Shown piece by piece: positions 37,149 through 46,853 of a stretch of 64,000 bases of DNA. The notes under the pieces are model-generated. The model was not told where the DNA came from, did not search any database, and worked only from the letters and a program-made list of their open reading frames with translations. The stretch comes from an uncultured virus (IMG/VR IMGVR_UViG_3300026196_000001) (lineage: Duplodnaviria; Heunggongvirae; Uroviricota; Caudoviricetes): IMG/VR virus record IMGVR_UViG_3300026196_000001. The stretch is one strand, 5' to 3'. A program made the translations under genes and the position numbers. Within the stretch, counting starts at the first letter, position 1; every line of letters begins with the position of its first letter.

Positions 37149-38729
37149 ATGTCAGGCCAGAAAATCCTCAACACCTCAGAGCTGAACCTGAACCCACCCA
37201 TCGACGTAGTGGCTGGTGCATCGGGCTCGGTCATCTACAACGGCTACCTCGTCGAGGACGAGAAGGACAGCCGCGTCTCCGGGTCAGAGAAATACGTCAC
37301 GTATTCCAACAACCTCGCGAACACCCCCATCGTGGCGACTGGTGTTCGGTTCTTCCTGCATCTCATCACCAAGGCTGGCTGGAAGGTCGAGCCTGCAAAT
37401 GACAGCGCTGAAGCGATGGAGCTGGCAGACAAGGTGCTCCATGTGATGAACGACATGCGCACGCCCTGGTATAGGGTCGTCCGTCGTGCCGCCATGAGCC
37501 GATTCTACGGCTTCTCCATCCAGGAGTGGACGGCAAAGCAGAACGACAGGGGGTTCGTGGGATTCGTGGACATCGCACCGCGGCCCCAGCGCACAATCAA
37601 GCGCTGGGACGTGGACGATGACGGTTACGTCGTCGGCGTGATCCAACGGGATCCCCAGACGCAGAAGGAGATCTACCTCCCGCGCACGAAGATCGTCTAC
37701 ATCGTGGACGACACGATCAACGACAGCCCGGAGGGCCTCGGCCTGTTCCGCCACACCGTCGACGCCGTGCACCGGCTGAAGCGCTACGAGATCCTCGAAG
37801 GCTGGAGCTTCGAGCGCGATCTCCGCGGCACACCTGTCGGCCGCGCGCCGCTGTCCGCCATCCAGAAGGCGGTGGAGACCAGCCGGATCACGAAGCAGGA
37901 GGCAGACGACCTCCTCTCCCCGATCAAGTCATTCATCCAGAAGGCGCTGGCCGGGAAGGACACCGGGATGCTGCTGGAGTCCGCAGTGTTCACCGGCGGC
38001 GGCGAGAGCCGCACCCCGAGCGCTACCCCCCAGTGGGGCATCGAGCTGCTGAAGGGTGACCCGAAGGGGCAGACCGAGGTGGCCGCTGCGATCGAGCGCG
38101 TGAACCGGGACATCGCCCGCGCCCTGGGAGTCGAGCACCTTCTCCTGGGCAGCACGGACCGCGGGTCGTTCGCCATGAGCAAGGACAAGAGCCAGACCTT
38201 CGGGCTGGTCGTGGACAGCACGCTCACCGAGATCCGCGAGACGTTCCAGCACGACGTCATCGACACCCTCTGGGTGCTGAACGGCTGGCCGGACGAGCTG
38301 AAGCCGATCTTCAAGACCGAGGCCATCGCATACCGCGACATCGAGCAGGTGACCCAGGCCCTGAAGGACCTGTCGCAGGCTGGCGCGCCGGTGATGCCGA
38401 ACGATCCGGCCGTCAACGAGATCCGCACCCAGCTGGGTCTCAGCGACGCACCCGAGATCGACGAGGACCTCGTCCTCCAGAGCATGTATCCCGACCCTTC
38501 CGCGGGTCAGGACAACGGGCAGGATCCAGCCGCTACGGACCCGGAAGAGGACCCAACCGGCACGGATCAGGCAAGCATGGAGAAAGTCCTGATGAGTCCT
38601 CGCAAGGGCGAGACCAGGGCGGACTTCGTGTCACGATTCATGAGCAGCGAGAAGGCGAAGACTGAGTTCCCGGATCGGGACCAGCGGCTGGCCGTTGCCT
38701 ACAGCCAGTTCAAGAGAGGGAAGAAGTAG
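37149..38729 (+). CDS. Portal protein (DUF935-like) with C-terminal extension
   Basis: Position after terL; FYGFSIQEW, SPEGLGLFR, ERDLRG.PVG. Confidence 0.88.
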   Translation: MSGQKILNTSELNLNPPIDVVAGASGSVIYNGYLVEDEKDSRVSGSEKYVTYSNNLANTPIVATGVRFFLHLITKAGWKVEPANDSAEAMELADKVLHVMNDMRTPWYRVVRRAAMSRFYGFSIQEWTAKQNDRGFVGFVDIAPRPQRTIKRWDVDDDGYVVGVIQRDPQTQKEIYLPRTKIVYIVDDTINDSPEGLGLFRHTVDAVHRLKRYEILEGWSFERDLRGTPVGRAPLSAIQKAVETSRITKQEADDLLSPIKSFIQKALAGKDTGMLLESAVFTGGGESRTPSATPQWGIELLKGDPKGQTEVAAAIERVNRDIARALGVEHLLLGSTDRGSFAMSKDKSQTFGLVVDSTLTEIRETFQHDVIDTLWVLNGWPDELKPIFKTEAIAYRDIEQVTQALKDLSQAGAPVMPNDPAVNEIRTQLGLSDAPEIDEDLVLQSMYPDPSAGQDNGQDPAATDPEEDPTGTDQASMEKVLMSPRKGETRADFVSRFMSSEKAKTEFPDRDQRLAVAYSQFKRGKK

Positions 38730-39134
38730 ATGGGAATCCAGAAACACACCCGGCCCACCATTGTGCCGGACGGAGGTAGCGGCGGCTACCGCGACGTAGG
38801 GAGCGAGATCGACCGCACCACTGCGGAGGTGGCGGCAGGCTACACCGACGTCAACGGGGATCCGGTCTACCAGAAGACCATCGTCATCGCGGCGGGTCCG
38901 AACAACGAGACCCTCAATATCGCGCATGGGATCACCGGCCTGAAGAAGCTCGTCCGCCTGGAGGGCTACATCGACAACGGCACGTTCTGGCGCAGCGTCA
39001 ACAACCTGGAGGCCACGGCCACGGCCAACCTCCACTGGGCGCTCAGCGCGACGAACTTCGTTCTGGTCTCAGGCACCGGCGGTGACTACTCCGGCTACTC
39101 CGGGTCCGTCACGGTCTGGTATACGAAGACGTAG
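38730..39134 (+). CDS. Virion protein, paralog of 44907-45326
   Basis: Shared QKH.RPT, Y.KT, NIAHGITGLK.L..LEG, YTKT. Confidence 0.75.
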   Translation: MGIQKHTRPTIVPDGGSGGYRDVGSEIDRTTAEVAAGYTDVNGDPVYQKTIVIAAGPNNETLNIAHGITGLKKLVRLEGYIDNGTFWRSVNNLEATATANLHWALSATNFVLVSGTGGDYSGYSGSVTVWYTKT

Positions 39135-39691
39135 TGAGCAGTCGTTCGATCCAGATCATTGGCGGTGATGACCGCCAGCACGCGCACGTGGACGGCATCG
39201 GCAACTCGCTGGTGGCCATGGACGATGCGCACTACAACATCCACCGCGGGATCTACTTCACGGCATCCTTTGCCGACGAGGCCCTCGCGTCGTCTGGCTC
39301 CATCGACATGCTAGTCACGGTGATCTCCGTGATCCATGCCAAATACTTCGCGGCGGTGGGTGCGCAGTCGATGGCATACCTCTACCCGGCAGCGACATGG
39401 ACCCCGGAGACCGGCACACCGCTGACACCGCTCAACTTCAACGGGCTGTCAAGCCTCGTCCCCGATACCACGTTCGAGATCAACCCGACAGTCAGCGCGA
39501 CCGGCGCACTGTCCTCCTCGGAGTTCATCCCCGGCGGCTCGAAGGGACAGCTCAACGGCGGCTCCTCCTACTCTCCGCTGGAGTTCATCCTCGCTCCGGG
39601 CGACTACCTGATCCGCTTGACGAACAAGAGCACCAGCACCATCATCGCCTCCGTGGCCCTCGACTTCTACCAGCCGAACCTCCTGACATGA
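39134..39691 (+). CDS. Putative virion protein
   Basis: Coupled, beta-rich; H..IH.G..F motif. Confidence 0.7.
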   Translation: MSSRSIQIIGGDDRQHAHVDGIGNSLVAMDDAHYNIHRGIYFTASFADEALASSGSIDMLVTVISVIHAKYFAAVGAQSMAYLYPAATWTPETGTPLTPLNFNGLSSLVPDTTFEINPTVSATGALSSSEFIPGGSKGQLNGGSSYSPLEFILAPGDYLIRLTNKSTSTIIASVALDFYQPNLLT

Positions 39692-40224
39692 CCCACACCA
39701 ACCTCGACATCACCGGACGCGTCGTCGTCGTGCTGGAGAATCAGCGCACCGGCGAGAAGCGGACCTACGTGAGCAAGAACATCGTCACCGATGCCGGGGA
39801 CCTGTTCTACGCGGAGCGCGCGGTGAAGACCGCGGTGCCCACCAACTTCACGGACGGCTCGGGGGACTTCGACGGGATCATCGAGCTATACAATGGGGCC
39901 AGCTCCGCACCAGCCAAGGGCAACGACCGGTCCTCCCTCGCTGGGCTCGTGTCGGGCAGCGGCAAGGCACTGTCGGCCACCTACCCGAAGCTCAACGACG
40001 GCGATGTGGACAACACCGGAGCGGGGGCCGACATCGTCTCCTACTCGACGAGCTACTCGAAGCCGGAGGCGAACGCAGTCGGCATCGCAGACATCGTGAT
40101 CACCAACCCATCGCCCGGCGCGTCGGAGCCGCTGCTCATGCACGCCGAGTTCTCTCCTGCGTTCTCGAAGACGAGCGACGACACTCTGAAGGTCTTCGTG
40201 AACCATAGGATGAACGGAGTATGA
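39688..40224 (+). CDS. Putative virion protein (fibre-base-like)
   Basis: KNIVTDAG...F.KTS.DTL.V pattern. Confidence 0.7.
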   Translation: MTHTNLDITGRVVVVLENQRTGEKRTYVSKNIVTDAGDLFYAERAVKTAVPTNFTDGSGDFDGIIELYNGASSAPAKGNDRSSLAGLVSGSGKALSATYPKLNDGDVDNTGAGADIVSYSTSYSKPEANAVGIADIVITNPSPGASEPLLMHAEFSPAFSKTSDDTLKVFVNHRMNGV

Positions 40225-40225
40225 G

Positions 40226-40648
40226 GTGCGAGTGGGAGTCCTGGTGATCATGTTCTCGCACGAGCACACTGATGCACGTGTCATCGCACGCCCTGGAGCG
40301 TATCGGGATGGCGACGTGGTAGCAGTCTTCAACGGCATCCCACAGGGCCGCAAAGAGCTTAGTGGGCTCATCGGAGAGAAGGCCGCGAACAGCACGAAGT
40401 TCTCTGCGTTCGGCATCACCGACGCGGACATCTCGGATCCCGAGATCCAGGCGCTGCTGGAGACGCAGTATGAGATCGACAGTGTGACCCCTGAGATGGA
40501 AGTCATCCTCAAGCCCACGCGCGTGCGCAAGAAGGGGCTGGACTACAAGAGCGCGCCGTCTGAGCTGAAGGGGCGCATGACAGGTCGGACCCGTATCGGG
40601 TCGACCAGCAAGTCGGAGATCGCAGCCCTGGTGAGGAACAACCCATGA
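40226..40648 (+). CDS. Hypothetical protein
   Basis: ORF tiling; start uncertain. Confidence 0.65.
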   Translation: MRVGVLVIMFSHEHTDARVIARPGAYRDGDVVAVFNGIPQGRKELSGLIGEKAANSTKFSAFGITDADISDPEIQALLETQYEIDSVTPEMEVILKPTRVRKKGLDYKSAPSELKGRMTGRTRIGSTSKSEIAALVRNNP

Positions 40649-41919
40649 CCTCCACCTCCACCATCGGGCCCTCGAAGGACTATGCCACCCCGACGCTCTG
40701 GGAGGCGGACACGCAGGGGACCTACACCGAGATCGTCGAGGGTCTGCTATACCGCAACACAGGCGACGTGGCCTACACGGACCAGCCTGTCTTCTCCGGC
40801 TCCGTGTCGGCGATCGACAAATACCGCGTCATGCGGGCCGCGGATGGCGAGGAGTTCAACTTCGACTGGGGCTCCCCGGCAGGCGTGCGCTTCGACCCGA
40901 ACACCAGCGGGCATGTGATGCAGGTCGGCGAGAGCTACATGCAGCTGTGGAAGCTCGGGATCACGAACAGCTCCCCGGCTTCGTCCGACGAGGGCATCCG
41001 GATCCTCAGTGGCTGCCTCGTGCTCTACATCGAGAAGCTGCACATCCATGGCTTCAGCCAAGCGGATGGCGACGGGATCTACGTGCCCAACCAGAACTTC
41101 GACATCACCGCGAAGGACTGCACGTTCACGAGCATCCACCGCGCTGGGATGCACTTCCAGCACTACAGCGGCGACGGCATCACGCACGTCGGGCTGTTCA
41201 TCAACTGCGCCTTCGGCTCCATGGGCACCAGCGGCGGGAACAACACCTTCGACGGGAAGTGCGTCGGGGTGCGGTGCAACGGCCCCAGCTCCACGTGTGA
41301 CGTCGAGTTAGTGAACTGCTTCAACGCCAACTCCCAGATCACCGGGACGTCAGTCGGCCTGACCGCATCGGGCAGCGGGACCGTGACCTTCACCGGCGAC
41401 TACAACATCGACGAGAAGGCGAACCTCGCCGCGAGCGGCTTCCCGGACGACGGAAGCCACAGCCAATACGGCGCGGTTGCGAAGCGCGAGGCGGACCTCA
41501 CCACCGAGACTGGCGACTACCTCGTCGTCCAGACCTGGGACGACCTGCACATCGTCCTGGACACATTCAAGACCTACACGAACATCGCGATGGGCACCGG
41601 CATTGGCCCGTTGGCCGACGCGCGTGTCCCCTCGACGGACATCGACGGAGACCCGCGCATCGAAGCTACAGCGGACGTCGGCGCAGACGAACTGCCGCGC
41701 ATCGGGGCGGCCATCAAAAAGGTCCTCGACGAGATCGTCCAGCTTCCCGAGAGTGTTGTCAAGAGCATCTTCGCGTATGATCCCACGATTACTGGCAACG
41801 TCGATGTCACTCTTCAGTCAGCCGCCGTCGATGTGGCCCTCGCACCTCCTTCTGTTAGCGTTCCGCTGGAAGACACGAACGCCGACCTCACGCTCAGCTC
41901 CAACAACACGACACCCTGA
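40645..41919 (+). CDS. Beta-helix (pectin-lyase-like) virion protein
   Basis: DYAT...WEA, repeated GI/NC.F strands, TDIDGDPR....DVGADE. Confidence 0.65.
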   Translation: MTSTSTIGPSKDYATPTLWEADTQGTYTEIVEGLLYRNTGDVAYTDQPVFSGSVSAIDKYRVMRAADGEEFNFDWGSPAGVRFDPNTSGHVMQVGESYMQLWKLGITNSSPASSDEGIRILSGCLVLYIEKLHIHGFSQADGDGIYVPNQNFDITAKDCTFTSIHRAGMHFQHYSGDGITHVGLFINCAFGSMGTSGGNNTFDGKCVGVRCNGPSSTCDVELVNCFNANSQITGTSVGLTASGSGTVTFTGDYNIDEKANLAASGFPDDGSHSQYGAVAKREADLTTETGDYLVVQTWDDLHIVLDTFKTYTNIAMGTGIGPLADARVPSTDIDGDPRIEATADVGADELPRIGAAIKKVLDEIVQLPESVVKSIFAYDPTITGNVDVTLQSAAVDVALAPPSVSVPLEDTNADLTLSSNNTTP

Positions 41920-42281
41920 TGGCCTCTGAAATGAACCTCTGTCCGGCAGAGATCGACCTCTGCTTCACGCGCGGCGACAGCACCCCGTGGACGTTCACGA
42001 TCAAGGACTCCTCCGGGTCGGCCGTCAACATCACCGGCTACTCCTTCCTGCTGACGGTCGACCCGTCGGCGACGCCGGTGGACGACATCGCAAACCTCTT
42101 CCAGCTGGTGGGCACGATCATCGACGGCCCGAACGGGATCGTGCAGTTCCAGATGAGCACCGCGCAATCGAACCAGACCCCGGCCGACTACTACTTCGAC
42201 CTCCAGCAGACGGACGGGTCCTCGAACATCCGGACCATCGCCAAGGGCAAGTTCACCATCAGCCAGGACATCACGAAGTAG
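41919..42281 (+). CDS. BppU-N-like structural protein
   Basis: RGDS..W.FT.KD..G.AVNITG, YYFDLQ, G.FTI..DIT. Confidence 0.7.
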   Translation: MASEMNLCPAEIDLCFTRGDSTPWTFTIKDSSGSAVNITGYSFLLTVDPSATPVDDIANLFQLVGTIIDGPNGIVQFQMSTAQSNQTPADYYFDLQQTDGSSNIRTIAKGKFTISQDITK

Positions 42282-42282
42282 C

Positions 42283-42873
42283 ATGGCAATCGCAACCACC
42301 ATCACCCTCGCCGGGATCTCCTACGATGTCTACGGCCTCACCTCCAGCCCGGTCGTTGACGCGGACAGCTACCTGAACGCCAAGCTCGGGGCTACCACCT
42401 GGGCAGCCGCCTCAGCCGACGACAAGGCCCGCGCCCTCGTCAGCGCCGCCCGCTGGCTCGACCGAGTGTCCGCCTTCTCGGGCGACAAGACTTCCGCCTC
42501 GCAGGCCCTGGAGTGGCCGCGCGACGGAGCCTACTGCGGGACTACAGCGATCGCCGACGGCACGATCCCGGACGCTGTTGCGCAGGCGGAGTTCGAGCTG
42601 GCCTTCATCCTGATCGGGGACTCGTCGGCGCAGGACGCCTCCGGCCAGGGCAGCAACGTCAAGCGCGTCAAGGCGGGATCCGCAGAGGTGGAGTTCTTCG
42701 ACGCCACGATCGGGACATTCGACGACACCCGGCTCCCGACGGCAGCGCACGACCTACTGAAGTGTCTGTTCTCCGGAGCAAGCACGAACCTCGGCGGAGG
42801 CACCGCCTACGGCACTGATGGGGACTCGTCATTCACCGAAGAGGACTACGGTCGCTCAGGAGGCTACTACTAA
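42283..42873 (+). CDS. Head-tail adaptor (DnaT-like family)
   Basis: ADSY...W....KARALVSAARWLD...G.K...QALEWPR...IP. Confidence 0.8.
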   Translation: MAIATTITLAGISYDVYGLTSSPVVDADSYLNAKLGATTWAAASADDKARALVSAARWLDRVSAFSGDKTSASQALEWPRDGAYCGTTAIADGTIPDAVAQAEFELAFILIGDSSAQDASGQGSNVKRVKAGSAEVEFFDATIGTFDDTRLPTAAHDLLKCLFSGASTNLGGGTAYGTDGDSSFTEEDYGRSGGYY

Positions 42874-43129
42874 TGGTTGAGAAGAATCGCTCACTCTCGT
42901 TCGCACTCATCCTCAACAGTGATGAACCGGACATCTTCTCCGTCGTCGTCACCGACAAGTCGCGCGACCTGATGGTGGACATCACCAACGACTACGAGGC
43001 CAGCACCGTCCGCCTCAAGGACGGCAGGCTCGGCGTCATCATGGTGGCGAAGCTGCCGGAGGGCCGCGAGGAGGAGGAGCCCGCCCAGCACATCAATCCG
43101 TTCGACCGCCCCGGCCAGGAGAACACCTG

Positions 43130-43516
43130 ATGGGCAACCCGCTCTTCGGTATCAACATCTCGAAGCTGATCAAGGACAACATCGGCCCGGGCCTCCCGGA
43201 CGTGACGCTCACCGTTGTCACCGCAGGCACCCGCACAAGCGGGAACCTCACCGGTGGCACGCAGCCGACCGAGACCGACTACACCTGCAAGGGCTTCATG
43301 GACCAGACCAAGGATCGGTTCATGGGCGGCACCCTCGTGCGCGCGGGCAGCCGCATCGTGGTCCTTGTCGGAGACACCATCGCCAACGGCACCGTCGCCC
43401 CCACCCCGGGCGACCGGATCACCGTCGAGGGGACGGTCTGGCAGATTCCGGAGGACGGCGTCATCATGCGTGACCCTGCCGCCGCGACCTACGAGTGCGA
43501 AGTTCGCGCGACCTGA
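43130..43516 (+). CDS. Head closure/completion protein
   Basis: P.PGDRI...DPAAATY...VR. Confidence 0.7.
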   Translation: MGNPLFGINISKLIKDNIGPGLPDVTLTVVTAGTRTSGNLTGGTQPTETDYTCKGFMDQTKDRFMGGTLVRAGSRIVVLVGDTIANGTVAPTPGDRITVEGTVWQIPEDGVIMRDPAAATYECEVRAT

Positions 43517-43518
43517 TC

Positions 43519-44499
43519 ATGGAAGACATCAACAAGATCCTGAATAGCATCGAGCCCCAGCTGCGCGACGAGCTGCTGCGGATGTTCGCCGCCGCCAACA
43601 AGAGTGTGACGGTCGCGGAGATCGAGGAGCTGGTCGCTCAGGGCCACGTCGACGAGGCGATCCGCCGGGTCCTGCCGCAGGCCGAGCTGTTCACGTCGTC
43701 CTGGGTCTCGGCCTACGTGTTCGCCGCGACGGAGACCGGTGTGGTCATCTCGCGCGAGATCCCGGTAGAGGTGATCTTCGATCAGGTGAACATCCGCGCG
43801 GTGCTCGCCATGCAGAACAACAAGCTGCGCCTGATCCAGGGGCTCACCCAGAAGCAGCGCGAGGCCACCCGAGAGGCCCTGCTGAACGGCATCCGCCGCG
43901 GACTGAATCCGCGAGAGGTCGCCCGGGACGTCCGGGCCAGCGTCGGGCTCACGGCCTCCCAGGTCCGGGCCATCAACAACTACCGCCGGGCCCTGGAGGA
44001 GGGGGACTCAGTCTCGCTCCGCCGCCAGCTCCGCGACCGCCGGTTCGACCCAACCGTCGCTCGTGCCATCAGGACCGGGGAGCCCCTCCCCAAGGCCTAC
44101 ATCGACAAGCTGGTGGACCGCTACACCCAGAGGCAGCTGAAGTATCGGGCCGAGCTGATCGCCCGCACAGAGGCTCTCAGGGCCGTCCACGAGGGCCATG
44201 ACGAGATGTTCCGGCAGGCTATCGCGGATGGCCACATCGCCGCTGAGGATCTGGAGGGCACCTGGAACACGGCCGCTGACGCCAGGGTCCGCGACAGCCA
44301 CATCACCATGCAGGGGCAGACCCAGCCCTACGGCACCCCATTCGTCTCAGGAGCCGGGAACCTGCTCCGCTACCCTGGAGACCCCCTCGCCCCGGTCGAG
44401 GAGGTCGCTCAATGCCGATGCGTCCGATCTTTTCGGATAAAAACCCCATTACATGGGAACTTTAGCCTCGGGAATACGTTGAATACCCTTACCCCGTAG
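43519..44499 (+). CDS. Mu gpF/SPP1 gp7-like minor head protein
   Basis: RAELIARTE, W.T..D.RVRDSH, YPGDP, QCRC. Confidence 0.9.
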   Translation: MEDINKILNSIEPQLRDELLRMFAAANKSVTVAEIEELVAQGHVDEAIRRVLPQAELFTSSWVSAYVFAATETGVVISREIPVEVIFDQVNIRAVLAMQNNKLRLIQGLTQKQREATREALLNGIRRGLNPREVARDVRASVGLTASQVRAINNYRRALEEGDSVSLRRQLRDRRFDPTVARAIRTGEPLPKAYIDKLVDRYTQRQLKYRAELIARTEALRAVHEGHDEMFRQAIADGHIAAEDLEGTWNTAADARVRDSHITMQGQTQPYGTPFVSGAGNLLRYPGDPLAPVEEVAQCRCVRSFRIKTPLHGNFSLGNTLNTLTP

Positions 44500-44505
44500 T
44501 ATAGA

Positions 44506-44907
44506 ATGACCGACTCGAACTTCAGCACATACTCCGAAGTCCTCAAGGTGGACGACTCCCTTGGCATGGTCTTCGGCTTCGCGATCGTCAGCACCGAGGA
44601 CGGCGAGCCCTACTTCGACCTCCATGGGGACCACATCCCCGAGGACGCGATGCTCAAGGCCGCCAGCGACTTCATGCAGCACTCACGTGCCAGCAAGGAG
44701 ATGCACACCGGCGATCCGGACGGGACGGTGGTATTCGCCTTCCCCCTGACCGGTGAGATCGCCAAGTCGCTCGGCATCGAGACCGAGCGCACCGGCCTGC
44801 TCATCGGCATGAAGCCCGGAGAGGAGGCCCTGGCGAAGTTCAGGGACGGGACCTACAGGGGGTTCTCGATCGGCGGTGTCTACATCACCAACGAGGACGC
44901 CACCTAG
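44506..44907 (+). CDS. XkdF-like prohead serine protease
   Basis: VFGFA, DLHGD, EMH, GTYRGFSIGG. Confidence 0.82.
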   Translation: MTDSNFSTYSEVLKVDDSLGMVFGFAIVSTEDGEPYFDLHGDHIPEDAMLKAASDFMQHSRASKEMHTGDPDGTVVFAFPLTGEIAKSLGIETERTGLLIGMKPGEEALAKFRDGTYRGFSIGGVYITNEDAT

Positions 44908-45326
44908 TGGGCTACCAGAAGCACAAGAGACCCACACTGTCCCCGGACGAAGACGGCCTGATGCAGGACGTAGCGGGTGGGGCCGGGGGCGTCGACGACA
45001 CCGCACTCGAACAGGACACGGGACTGCTCGACCTCGCTGGCGACAAGATCTACGCCAAGACGCTGACCCTGGCCACCCACTCGGGAGGCACCAACAACAT
45101 CGCGCACGGCATCACCGGCCTCAAGCGCCTACGGTCATTGGAGGGCTCCATGGAGGAGCAGTCCTCCGGCAAGTGGTTCCCGATCCCCTACGCGTCGGGC
45201 TCCGCCAACATCGGGGCGCAGGTCGCAGTGTCCAGCACGAACATCGAGCTGACCCTTGGGTCCTTCTGGTCCAACGGGCAGATTATCAACATCCGCATCA
45301 CCATCCAATACACGAAGACCGCATAG
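44907..45326 (+). CDS. Virion protein, paralog of 38730-39134
   Basis: See paralog. Confidence 0.75.
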   Translation: MGYQKHKRPTLSPDEDGLMQDVAGGAGGVDDTALEQDTGLLDLAGDKIYAKTLTLATHSGGTNNIAHGITGLKRLRSLEGSMEEQSSGKWFPIPYASGSANIGAQVAVSSTNIELTLGSFWSNGQIINIRITIQYTKTA

Positions 45327-45327
45327 T

Positions 45328-46431
45328 ATGCCTCGCAAGAACATCATGAGGGAGTTCCGGATCGACGAGATCAGCTCTGTCGATCGAGCCGCACAGGAGT
45401 CCGGAGAGCGTGGCATCATCATCAAGCGCGCGCCAGTGAAGAAGGCGCTCGCAGTCACGACGATCAGCAACGGGCACGCGCACACAATCTCCACCTACGG
45501 GCCAGACGGCGCGGAGATGCGGAGCGGCTCGACCGACTACGCCCGGAGCATGGGCGGAGAGAGCGGGCACTCACACAACTGGATCACCGACGAAGTCGGG
45601 AACATCATCATCGCCGACGCAGCTGGGCACGGACATGGTCTGGCCGCGCTGGTCACGAAGAGCGCAGACATTCAGCCCGAGGAGGACCCGCTTGCCGATC
45701 TCCTGTCTAAGGGCGAAACCCCGGCAGGCGAACCGTCAGAGGAAGACACCATGACCGACGAAGACAAGAAGAAGCAGGCCGACCTGGAGAAGTCGGTTGC
45801 GGATCTGACCGCACGCGCCGAGCGCGCCGAGAAGATGGCGGAGCTGAGCGACGCCGAGAAGCTCCATCTCCAGGGACTCCAAGGCGAATCCGCCGAGGCA
45901 TTCCTCTCCAAGAGCGCCGAAGAGCGCAAGAGCGAGATCGAGTCGCTGGCCAAGGCCGACGCCGTGATCTACAAGGACCTGGACGGCCTGGAGTATCGCA
46001 AGAGCGACGACTCGCGCCTCGTGGCGATGGCCAAGCGCGCCGACGCCGAGCGCAAGGCTCGCGAAGAGATCGAGAAGAAGGCCGCCGACGCCGAGCTGGC
46101 CAAGCGCGCCGACGCGTTCTCGCACCTCCCGGGCGAGTCCGAAGACCGCATCGCCCTGATGAAGGGCATCTCCCTCCTCACCGAGGAGGACCAGGAGAAG
46201 GCGCTGAAGTGCCTCAACGCTTCCGAGGAGGCGATGAGCAAGGGCTTCAAGACCCTGGGCACCAGTTCCGCTCCCGAGGGCAGTGACGACTACGACACCG
46301 CCATGAGCAATCTCGCGAAGGGTCTTCGCGAGAAGGATCCCACTCTGACCGAGGCTCAGGCCATGGTCAAGGCGCTGGAGACGGACGAAGGCCGCCGTAT
46401 CTACGCCAAGCAGCACCAGGGCCTGAACTAG
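45328..46431 (+). CDS. Scaffolding protein
   Basis: EISSVDRAAQ N-terminus, GH.H repeats, charged coiled coil; upstream of capsid genes. Confidence 0.75.
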   Translation: MPRKNIMREFRIDEISSVDRAAQESGERGIIIKRAPVKKALAVTTISNGHAHTISTYGPDGAEMRSGSTDYARSMGGESGHSHNWITDEVGNIIIADAAGHGHGLAALVTKSADIQPEEDPLADLLSKGETPAGEPSEEDTMTDEDKKKQADLEKSVADLTARAERAEKMAELSDAEKLHLQGLQGESAEAFLSKSAEERKSEIESLAKADAVIYKDLDGLEYRKSDDSRLVAMAKRADAERKAREEIEKKAADAELAKRADAFSHLPGESEDRIALMKGISLLTEEDQEKALKCLNASEEAMSKGFKTLGTSSAPEGSDDYDTAMSNLAKGLREKDPTLTEAQAMVKALETDEGRRIYAKQHQGLN

Positions 46432-46444
46432 AGGAAGCACAAGC

Positions 46445-46825
46445 ATGGCAACTTCGCAAGAAACCCGTATCGTGTCCGTTGTCGCGGGCTCGACTGTCAA
46501 CATCTACCGATTCGTCGCAATGGCTGCGGATGGTCAATATGACCATCCCTCCGCTCAGGGGCGGATCGACGGCATCGCCGCCGAGGACGGCATCACGGTC
46601 GGCAAGGCCCTCGCCATGGTGATCCCCAACGGGGCCATCGCCAAGGTCGAAGCCGGAGCCGTCTTCTCCGCAGGTCAGCGTGTGGCCTCGGACGCCAACG
46701 GCAAGGCCATCGCCGCAGTCAGCGGCGCGGGCAACTTCCGCGGCGGGATCGCCCTCGACGCCTCTGGCGCAGACGGCGACATCATCCGCATCCAGTTCCT
46801 CGTGGACGAAGACCAGGTCACCTAG
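46445..46825 (+). CDS. Capsid decoration/cement protein (DUF2190-like)
   Basis: KVEAG....G..V.SDANGKA, GIALDA...GDII. Confidence 0.8.
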   Translation: MATSQETRIVSVVAGSTVNIYRFVAMAADGQYDHPSAQGRIDGIAAEDGITVGKALAMVIPNGAIAKVEAGAVFSAGQRVASDANGKAIAAVSGAGNFRGGIALDASGADGDIIRIQFLVDEDQVT

Positions 46826-46853
46826 ACCGTAACCAACAACAAGGAGTAGGCAC

